The notes under the pieces: generated by a model
The model's database searches: none
The model's input: only the letters and a program-made list of their open reading frames with translations
What the model was told of the DNA's origin: nothing
Program-made: the position numbers and the translations under genes
Assembly: GCA_021463145.1 (NCBI GenBank)
Contig: JAJTWZ010000013.1
Span: 5,864 to 69,863 of the forward strand
Length of the DNA stretch: 64,000 nt
From: Blastocatellia bacterium
Lineage (GTDB): Bacteria > Acidobacteriota > Blastocatellia > UBA7656 > JADIYM01
Direction of reading: 5' to 3'
Shown: piece by piece, positions 55,976 to 64,000 of the stretch
Layout of the letters: every line of letters begins with the position of its first letter
Position numbering within the stretch: position 1 is the first letter of the stretch

Positions 55976-57154
55976 ATGAAGAAGGCATTGCCACTCGCAC
56001 TTGCCGTTGCCGTATTGGGCACCACCGTCTCTGCCAGCCCGATTCTTCCGCTGATCTCATCGAGCGCGACGATGCAGGCCGACGACCCCGAAGGTCCGGC
56101 AAACGAGGCGTACAAGACATGGAAGGCCGAAACGGATCCTGCGAAGAAGTTCGACTCCGGAAAGAACCTCGTCTCGCAGTTTTTTGGTTCCAAAGCCGCC
56201 GAAGCCGTTGCGTACGACGGTCTGTTTGCAACAGACAAGTCCGCCGACCAGAAACTCGGCATGGCGTATGGCTATATCGCGGCCTCGAACGCCAATGGTA
56301 ACGGTGGCCAGTATCTCGAGTACGCGTTCGGAATCGCTGGCTCGACCGAGAAGGACCCGAAGAAACTCCTGGAAAACGCACAACTCTACCTGCAGAAGTA
56401 TCCTACCGGCCGTTACGCTTCGCACATCTCCACCAAGGTCATTCCCGGCACACGCTACGCGGTATTCACGGCCTATTTGAAGGAGATGAAGTATCAGGAT
56501 GCGATCCAGATCGCGAACGAAGCGTTCGCATCGAACGAGAACGAGTTCCTCTATTCCTATCTCCTTACGGATGCGGCGATTCGCGATCTGATCTCAACCG
56601 GTGCCAAGTCGCAATTCGTCGGCAAAGCCGATGGTTGGGCCGAACGCGCCGCGAAGTACATCGAGAGCGGCCAGACGCCGGCGGGCGCCGATCCGGCGAA
56701 GTGGGCTGCCGACAAGCCGAGTTCGCTGGCGCTTCTCTACAAGGCCCAGGGAATCTCCAGGTACTACGCCACGGCCCAGTCTAATCCGGCTGATGTTGCC
56801 GCGTTCGAGCCTGCAAGGGCGCTCTTCAAGAAAGCGCTCGAGTCCGTCGAGAAGGATTCCGTCACTCATTTCTTCCTCGGCCAGCTATGCGACTCACAGA
56901 ACGCGATACTGCAAAAGCAGTACGACTCCCTTGCTGAGGACCAGAAGACGGCCGATGCGGGCAATGCTCTGATCGCAAAGATCAACGAGTCGATCGACTG
57001 CGTCATCAACCATTACGTTCACGTGACGGCCTATGCCGGAAAGAACCAGGCGCTCGCCGATACGGTCAAGACGCGACTCGCCGATCTCTGGAAGTACCGC
57101 CACGCTGACGCTCCGGACGCGTGGACAGACGAAGTGAAGAAGATCGTTCCGTAG
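55976..57154 (+). CDS. Exported helical hypothetical protein
   Basis: ATG 55976 is preceded by AGGAGG. Signal peptide MKKALPLALAVAVLGTTVSA and a helical, TPR-like body. Confidence 0.55.
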   Translation: MKKALPLALAVAVLGTTVSASPILPLISSSATMQADDPEGPANEAYKTWKAETDPAKKFDSGKNLVSQFFGSKAAEAVAYDGLFATDKSADQKLGMAYGYIAASNANGNGGQYLEYAFGIAGSTEKDPKKLLENAQLYLQKYPTGRYASHISTKVIPGTRYAVFTAYLKEMKYQDAIQIANEAFASNENEFLYSYLLTDAAIRDLISTGAKSQFVGKADGWAERAAKYIESGQTPAGADPAKWAADKPSSLALLYKAQGISRYYATAQSNPADVAAFEPARALFKKALESVEKDSVTHFFLGQLCDSQNAILQKQYDSLAEDQKTADAGNALIAKINESIDCVINHYVHVTAYAGKNQALADTVKTRLADLWKYRHADAPDAWTDEVKKIVP

Positions 57155-57282
57155 TCGAGAATGCCAAGGCATTTCGCTTGTGGAAGGCCGGCCCCGTGCC
57201 GGCCTTCCGTTTTTACAAACTAATTGCTCGAGTCGCGCGTGTGCTACCCTTCCGCACGATTCGCTCCGCAGGTTGCTCGACA

Positions 57283-58038
57283 GTGCCAGAAATTTCCGAA
57301 GAACGACGACAGTTGCTGGACAAACTGGAACGGCGCATCGGGTACGTCTTTGCCGATGAAAGATTACTCGATCGCTCGCTGACCCATCGTTCGTTTGCAC
57401 ACGAGCACGAGGCCGAAGGATATCGGCACAACGAATCGCTCGAACTGCTCGGGGACTCCGTGCTTGGCTTCCTGGTTTGCGAGTGGTTGCTCGAACGCTT
57501 TCCGGATGAAGGTGAAGGCCGGCTCTCGAAGATGAAAGCCTTCCTCGTCAGCGAGCGAACGCTCGACAACCTTGCACGCGACATCGAGCTTGGCCTCTAT
57601 CTGCGCCTCAACCGTGGAGAGGAGAAAACCGGCGGTCGAGAGAAGCGTACGATCCTGGTCGATACTTTCGAGGCGCTCGTCGCCGCGATGTACCTCGACG
57701 GTGGTGTCGATGTCACCCGACGGTTCCTTCGGACAGAGATGCACACGCTATTCGCCATAATGAACCCCGCGGACCTTACTGCCACCGACTACAAGTCGGC
57801 GCTGCAGGAGGCGCTGCAGGCGTCGGGACTCCGCGTGCCCGTTTATCAGATCTCGGACGTCATCGGCCCGGACCACCGTCGTACCTTCTGTGTCGACGTC
57901 GTCATCGGCGGTGACCAGTATGCGCGCGGCGAAGGTCAGTCGATCAAGCGAGCGGAGCAGGACGCGGCGAAACGCGCCATCGCGCGTTTGATGGACGAGA
58001 CGGTGTGCATAGACGACGAGCCTGCGGAGTCTGCCTGA
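57283..58038 (+). CDS. rnc: Ribonuclease III
   Basis: LLDRSLTHRSF, the signature NESLELLGDSVLG, FEALVAAMYLDGG and a C-terminal dsRBD (KSALQEALQ ... GEGQSIKRAEQDAAKRA). Start is GTG 57283 or GTG 57241. Confidence 0.85.
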   Translation: MPEISEERRQLLDKLERRIGYVFADERLLDRSLTHRSFAHEHEAEGYRHNESLELLGDSVLGFLVCEWLLERFPDEGEGRLSKMKAFLVSERTLDNLARDIELGLYLRLNRGEEKTGGREKRTILVDTFEALVAAMYLDGGVDVTRRFLRTEMHTLFAIMNPADLTATDYKSALQEALQASGLRVPVYQISDVIGPDHRRTFCVDVVIGGDQYARGEGQSIKRAEQDAAKRAIARLMDETVCIDDEPAESA

Positions 58039-59015
58039 TGAGCGATCGGCCCGACGATCCGGCTTCCAACGACGATCCGGAACTTCGGATCGCGCCCGTC
58101 GATGACGAATACGTCTCCACTCCCCGGCCCGTCCGGCCGGTACTCTTGCTGCCTCGCAGGCTTACGGAGCCTGCGGCAAATCAGACCCCGATAGAGCCAA
58201 TCGAACCCGTCGCAACCGACGTCCCGCTGGAGGTCGCGATCGAGGCGCCACGGGAAACTCCGGCTCCAGTCGAATCCGCGACCCCACGAGACTCGCGTTC
58301 GACGTCGCGGCTTTACTTCGAAGCAGTGATAGTTACGCTGGTATTCTGGCTTTTCGTACAGATTTTCGTCGCGCAGCCTGTGTCGGTCCCGACAGGGAGC
58401 ATGCTCAACACGATCCTCGTTGGCGACCACCTGGTCGTCAATCGTGTGATCTACGGAACTCCGGAATGGCTGCGTCCGATCCTCCCGTATCGTCCCATAC
58501 GAAGGGGCGACATCATCGTCTTCCGGCACCCTGCGGAACCCGAGACGCTTTACGTGAAGCGGGTAATTGCATTGCCCGGTGAGACGGTCGAGGTCTACGG
58601 CACACGGGTTTACGTCAACAGCGAAGAACTTGCCGAAAGCAAGATCGGAGCAAGCGATCCAGGCCAGGACCGGCCGCTGGTTCCCGACGGATCGCCGATC
58701 ACCGTGGATGGCGCAGAATATACGGTCTACTACAGCCTGATACGGGATGTCGGTTCGGAACTGGAGATTGGAAGCCTCGTGAGCGCCGGCGGCGGCAGCG
58801 TCGGCGTAGGCCGGCCGTTTACCGTTCCGCAGGGCCAGTACTACTGTCTGGGCGACAATCGCGATAACAGCCTCGACAGCCGCTTCTGGGGCACGGTACC
58901 GCGTGAGAACGTCATCGGCAGGGCCGTGCTCGTCTACTGGTCGTTCGGCACGGCAAACGACGGAACCGAAGGGAGACGGCCCCGCCTGGGCCGGATTGGA
59001 ACTCTGCTACAATGA
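58038..59015 (+). CDS. lepB: Signal peptidase I (copy 1)
   Basis: The ATG overlaps the rnc TGA (TGATG). TM helix, then VPTGSMLNTIL (catalytic Ser), RGDIIVFRHP, YVKRVIALPGE (catalytic Lys) and GDNRDNSLDSRFWG. Confidence 0.85.
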   Translation: MSDRPDDPASNDDPELRIAPVDDEYVSTPRPVRPVLLLPRRLTEPAANQTPIEPIEPVATDVPLEVAIEAPRETPAPVESATPRDSRSTSRLYFEAVIVTLVFWLFVQIFVAQPVSVPTGSMLNTILVGDHLVVNRVIYGTPEWLRPILPYRPIRRGDIIVFRHPAEPETLYVKRVIALPGETVEVYGTRVYVNSEELAESKIGASDPGQDRPLVPDGSPITVDGAEYTVYYSLIRDVGSELEIGSLVSAGGGSVGVGRPFTVPQGQYYCLGDNRDNSLDSRFWGTVPRENVIGRAVLVYWSFGTANDGTEGRRPRLGRIGTLLQ

Positions 59016-59070
59016 CGGCCGCTTTTTATATGTTCAGAAATCCAGGAGCCTGAGGCAATCCGTCCAGCCT

Positions 59071-59979
59071 ATGACCCAATCCGAATCCGATCGTCCCGTC
59101 GAAGTTCTCGAGTCCCAGACAGGCTCATCCGAAGTGGAAAGTGAGGAAAGGCCCGACCCGGCCGAAGGCCTGGAGGGTGAAGCCCCCGGCCGGCACCGGA
59201 AGTCGGTCGTGAGGGAGTACTTCGAATCCATCGTCGTGACGTTCATCATGGCGTTGTTCGCAATGACGTTCGTAATGATGGCGGTCAAGGTGCCGACAGG
59301 ATCGATGCTCAACACCATCCTCATCGAAGACCATCTGATGGTGAACAAGTTCCAACTCTCGTCTCACCCTTCGTGGCTCGAGTCCGTTCTTCCGTATCGG
59401 GATATCCGGCGCGGCGACATCATCGTATTCAAGTATCCGCCCAATCCAAGCGAGAATTACGTGAAGCGCGTGATCGGTCTTCCTGGCGATAGAGTGGAAG
59501 TCAGAGGGAGGCAGGTGTTCGTCAACGATGAGCTACTGAAGGAGAACTGGATAAAGGTAGTGCAACCGAAGGTCGCGGGCACTGACGGGATCGACGAGTC
59601 CACGAAGGACCTCGTTCCGGATGGTCCCGTCAATGCCGTCGCCGGCGCGAGTTGGACTGTCTCCTATTTCATAGAAAGGCGCGGCGACGACGGTGCTGGT
59701 GTGGATGAGTCAGGGTATCTCGAATATGACTACCACGGGACGACGGACGGGAAGTTCGTCGTGCCTGCGAACAGCTATTTCTGTCTCGGCGACAATCGCG
59801 ACAACAGTCAGGACAGCCGGTTCTGGGGAAGCGTTCCGCGCGAGAACGTCATCGGCCGAGCCATGTTCGTCTACTTTTCCATCAACGAGCACGAAAGGAC
59901 AATGAACGGGCCGCGTAGCCTGCTCGTCGACATCTTCAAGTACTCGAGATGGAGCCGCATTGGCACGATCGTCAGATAG
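59071..59979 (+). CDS. lepB: Signal peptidase I (copy 2)
   Basis: VPTGSMLNTIL, RGDIIVFKYP, YVKRVIGLPGD and GDNRDNSQDSRFWG. I prefer the internal ATG 59071. Confidence 0.85.
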   Translation: MTQSESDRPVEVLESQTGSSEVESEERPDPAEGLEGEAPGRHRKSVVREYFESIVVTFIMALFAMTFVMMAVKVPTGSMLNTILIEDHLMVNKFQLSSHPSWLESVLPYRDIRRGDIIVFKYPPNPSENYVKRVIGLPGDRVEVRGRQVFVNDELLKENWIKVVQPKVAGTDGIDESTKDLVPDGPVNAVAGASWTVSYFIERRGDDGAGVDESGYLEYDYHGTTDGKFVVPANSYFCLGDNRDNSQDSRFWGSVPRENVIGRAMFVYFSINEHERTMNGPRSLLVDIFKYSRWSRIGTIVR

Positions 59980-60043
59980 CTCAGGTCCGGGATGCCACTA
60001 CGGGGTTAGCTATCCACAGCCGCGCACCAGGCCCTTGTCGCCG

Positions 60044-61069
60044 TTACTCCTGCGAAATGAGGGCGTAGCCGATTAGCTTGTAGAGCATTCGCGCCGCGAC
60101 GTTTGCGTCCCACTCGTCACCGTCCGGCCCCGGCGCGACCTCGCAAAGGTCCATACCGACTATCCGCCGCCCGGAGTCGACGACAGCCGCGAGCAACGCG
60201 ACGGCTTCGGCAAACGATAACCCGCCCGGAACCGGCGTTCCCGTGTGCGGGCAGAGCGACGGATCCAGCCCATCGATGTCGATGGAAATGTAGACTTCAC
60301 GCGGCAGATCTCCGACGATAGCACGGGCAATGTGAACCCAGGGCACGCCTTCGAACCGCGCACGGTTTACCTCGTCTTCGTGATGCATCACTATCCGCCC
60401 GCCCGATTCGCGAGCGAACGCAAATTCTTCCTCCGATAGATCGCGAATTCCGACCTGGACCAGCTTTCCGACCTCCGGGACCTTTGTGGCCACGTTGTAC
60501 ATTATCGATGCGTGCGACCAGGTAAAGCCCTCGTACGCGACACGCAGGTCCGCGTGGGCGTCGATGTGAAGCACGCCCAGCCCGGGCCATACCTCGGCGT
60601 GAGCCTGGATCGCGCCGAAAGGTGTCGAGTGATCGCCACCGAGTGTCGCAACCAGCTTTCCTGCCCTGAGATGTTCGGTAACCGCGTTGCGCACTATCTC
60701 GTTGACGAGATCGCCGTATCGGTTGACCCGCTCCAGCTTTCGCTGGAGGCGCTCGTCGCCGTCAAGGGCGCCACCGCGCTTTATGATGGAACGGGCCGCC
60801 TTTCTCGCCTTCCGGTTGGCGCGCCGGATCTCGACCGAAGGATCGAGCATGCAGATTCCCGCTTCGTACGGTCTGCCAGTCGAAGCGTCGAAAAGGTCAA
60901 CCTGACGGCTCGCGGCGAGAATCGCCGCCGGGCCCTTCGACGTGCCGCCGCCATATGACGTCGTCGCCTCGAACGGCACCGGAACTACGACGACACGGCT
61001 ATCCTCGACGGTCGTCGAAAGTCCGAATATTCCCGAGTCGGGCGTTGCAGCGGCGGATGGATCGAACAT
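60044..61069 (-). CDS. Arginase-family ureohydrolase (agmatinase / formimidoylglutamase-like)
   Basis: Mn-binding motifs GGDHS, HIDAHADL and SIDIDGLDP. Confidence 0.8.
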   Translation of the reverse strand: MFDPSAAATPDSGIFGLSTTVEDSRVVVVPVPFEATTSYGGGTSKGPAAILAASRQVDLFDASTGRPYEAGICMLDPSVEIRRANRKARKAARSIIKRGGALDGDERLQRKLERVNRYGDLVNEIVRNAVTEHLRAGKLVATLGGDHSTPFGAIQAHAEVWPGLGVLHIDAHADLRVAYEGFTWSHASIMYNVATKVPEVGKLVQVGIRDLSEEEFAFARESGGRIVMHHEDEVNRARFEGVPWVHIARAIVGDLPREVYISIDIDGLDPSLCPHTGTPVPGGLSFAEAVALLAAVVDSGRRIVGMDLCEVAPGPDGDEWDANVAARMLYKLIGYALISQE

Positions 61070-61144
61070 GACCGAAATATCCAGCGACGGACCCGATGTG
61101 GGGCAAGGGCGCGAAACCCGCTCCGCGCCCTGCCTAGAGGCCTC

Positions 61145-62200
<1,056 letters not shown>

Positions 62201-62271
62201 TGTGCGTCGGGCCTCCTCTCCGAAAAGCAAGCGCAGTGTATATCCAGAGGTATGCCCGCGTCAGCAGGCAT

Positions 62272-63630
62272 TCATCCAGCGAAAGGTTCGGAGAGCGCAC
62301 GCTCGATTTCCCGAAGGCGCGCCCCGAGCCGCCGCTCGTCCAGTCTGGACTGCTCGTCCCCATATTTGTCGAATACCGGTTGGCCGCCCGCGATCGTCAG
62401 GATGACGTCGTCGGCCGTGCAGGACCACACGATCGCGGCCTCGACATCGTGCACCGGTTTCGCACGAAACCCGTCTAGCGAGATGGCGCAGATGTCCGCC
62501 CGCTTTCCCGGATCGAGAGTGCCAATCTCCAGGTCGAGACCTAGCGCCTCGGCGCCTCCGATGGTCGCCAGCTCCAGAGCTTGCCGTGCATCGAGAGCAG
62601 TCGCGTCCCGCTCTATTGCTCGCGCCAGTAACACCGCGCTCCGTGCTTCGTCCAGGACGTCGCCGAGATTGTTCGACGCGACGCTGTCAGTCCCTAGTCC
62701 GACACGAATGCCCCGGGCCCGCATCGCGCGCAGCGGCGCGATTCCGTGGCCGAGCTTTGCATTGGACTTGGGACAATGAACGACGGAAGCACCGCTCGAT
62801 TCAATTCGCTGATGGTCGGCCGGCGTTGTCTGCACGGCGTGAATCAACAGCGGCTTTACTTCGAGTACGCCGAGTGAGTCGAGCCACGCCACTGTCGAAA
62901 CACCCGGCGGCGCCCAGGAAATACCGCGCGTTCTGAACCGCTCGCCGAACGGTCCGGTACCGTCCAGAAGGAAGTCGCTTTCAGCTTGCGACTCGGCTGC
63001 GTGGATCGCCATTGGAATGCCACGATCTCTCGACAGATCCGTCACGCGCCGGAACAGATCCGCCGAGACCGTGAACGGTGCGTGCGGAGAGACGCCAATT
63101 CGGACCCGGGATCCGGCCGGCCGCGAATCTTCAAGGCTCTCCAGCTTCTCGACCAGGCCGCTGATGCTGCCGTCGACCTGCGCCGCGTCGGGTCCGAAAA
63201 CTTCCTGATACATCACTCCCGCCAGGCCTGCTTCGAGCATGGCGCGTGCCGACACACCCGAATCGCACGTGTCGGCGAGGCAGGTCACACCCGCCCGAAC
63301 CGCCTCGAGCGCACCGATTCGCGCGGAGTCGAGCAGGTCGTCGCGAGTCAGTCTCTCCAACTTCATCGTCGTAAGGCGCGTGATCCACGTTCGAAAATCC
63401 GCATCCTCGAGCAGTCCTCTCATCACAGTGAGCTCGAGGTGACTGTGCGCATTCACGAGTCCGGGAAGGATCGCCGCCACGCCAAGATCACGTACGGCTT
63501 CGTCCGATTCGAGCGCGGTAAGCTCCGCGGCGGGGCCCACAGAGACGATGCGATCGCCGGAGATACGCACAGCGCCGTCTTCGATGACTGGCCCGCGTAT
63601 GGGCAATACCCATCTTGCCTTCAGAAGCAC
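62272..63630 (-). CDS. Amidohydrolase-superfamily deaminase-like protein
   Basis: LPGLVNAHSHLE (HxH metal site), HAAE, HCP.SN and GTDS motifs typical of the MtaD / guanine deaminase-like subgroup. The substrate cannot be assigned. Confidence 0.75.
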   Translation of the reverse strand: MLLKARWVLPIRGPVIEDGAVRISGDRIVSVGPAAELTALESDEAVRDLGVAAILPGLVNAHSHLELTVMRGLLEDADFRTWITRLTTMKLERLTRDDLLDSARIGALEAVRAGVTCLADTCDSGVSARAMLEAGLAGVMYQEVFGPDAAQVDGSISGLVEKLESLEDSRPAGSRVRIGVSPHAPFTVSADLFRRVTDLSRDRGIPMAIHAAESQAESDFLLDGTGPFGERFRTRGISWAPPGVSTVAWLDSLGVLEVKPLLIHAVQTTPADHQRIESSGASVVHCPKSNAKLGHGIAPLRAMRARGIRVGLGTDSVASNNLGDVLDEARSAVLLARAIERDATALDARQALELATIGGAEALGLDLEIGTLDPGKRADICAISLDGFRAKPVHDVEAAIVWSCTADDVILTIAGGQPVFDKYGDEQSRLDERRLGARLREIERALSEPFAG

Positions 63631-63649
63631 TTGCTTCCCTTCCGGGCCG

Positions 63650-64000
63650 TCACTCGAGGAGCCCTTTGATCATTCGTCCGGCCTTGTAAATGGCAGTCTG
63701 TGAAAACGCGGCGTCGGAGCGCTGCTCGTTGACTGCCGCCCGTTCGTCATTACCGCTGGTCCTGTAGCAGTTCGCGGCAAGCCGAAACGCTTCGCCGGCC
63801 TCGCGATGCCGTCCGCGCTCCGAGAGGGCGCGGCCGAGTCCTTCGTGGTAAACGCCGTTGTGCGGTTGCGACGCAGCAGCCGCCCGAAAGCCTTCGATGG
63901 CGGAATCGATCTGTCCGGACGCCGCAAGGAGGCTTGCGAGTTCGAAATGCGCGTCGGCAAAGTTCGGCTTGAGCTGGACCGCGGCCGAGTACTCGCGCAC
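63650..64000 (-). CDS. TPR-repeat protein, C-terminal part (5' end probably beyond the window)
   Basis: TPR-like repeats (AVQLKPNFADAHFELASLLAASGQIDSAIEGFRAAAASQPHN ... ). The frame is open to the window edge. Confidence 0.5.
   Translation of the reverse strand: MREYSAAVQLKPNFADAHFELASLLAASGQIDSAIEGFRAAAASQPHNGVYHEGLGRALSERGRHREAGEAFRLAANCYRTSGNDERAAVNEQRSDAAFSQTAIYKAGRMIKGLLE

Overview
GC-rich bacterial chromosomal segment, probably from an Acidobacteria-like genome. The pointers are a TIGR03436-style VWFA protein, many exported TPR proteins and sigma-54/PilSR-controlled pilins. I support about 58 protein-coding genes and one tmRNA. I found no rRNA, intact tRNA, CRISPR array, transposase or integrase. 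Most of the window is core housekeeping: ribF, rph, murI, ssrA, pgsA, the ffh-rpsP-KH-rimM-trmD-rplS operon, mazG, a DinG-like helicase, rpoD, a phosphohexomutase, ftsB, rnc, two lepB copies, an agmatinase-family gene, fbaB and an amidohydrolase. Many listed ORFs are antisense or alternate-frame shadows typical of GC-rich DNA. Several true genes start well inside the listed ORF, often at GTG or TTG, and one real gene (1..1257, minus strand) is missing from the track. The most interesting region is 33.9-49.7 kb. It holds a type IV pilus locus (pilB-pilT-pilC, pilS-pilR) in which a YfhO-family GT-C membrane protein is translationally coupled to pilR. This protein sits directly in front of two pilin genes, one with a textbook sigma-54 promoter. 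A convergent four-gene glyco-operon follows (GT28, SDR, a second GT-C-like membrane protein, an unknown). A truncated third copy of the YfhO C-terminal module lies at 27.8-28.2 kb. Other items worth a second look are listed here. (1) An exported TPR protein with two retropepsin-like domains is GTGA-coupled to a PIN-like gene and a small ORF. (2) A molybdopterin oxidoreductase lacks a Tat signal and pairs with a fused ferredoxin-NrfD subunit. (3) There is a stand-alone Clp D2-type AAA+ ATPase. (4) An exported protein carries kinase-like catalytic motifs. (5) A C10 tract lies in the pilT tail. (6) Two unusually long non-coding regions lie upstream of ffh and rpoD. All functional calls come from reading the translations and motifs by eye; no database search was run.
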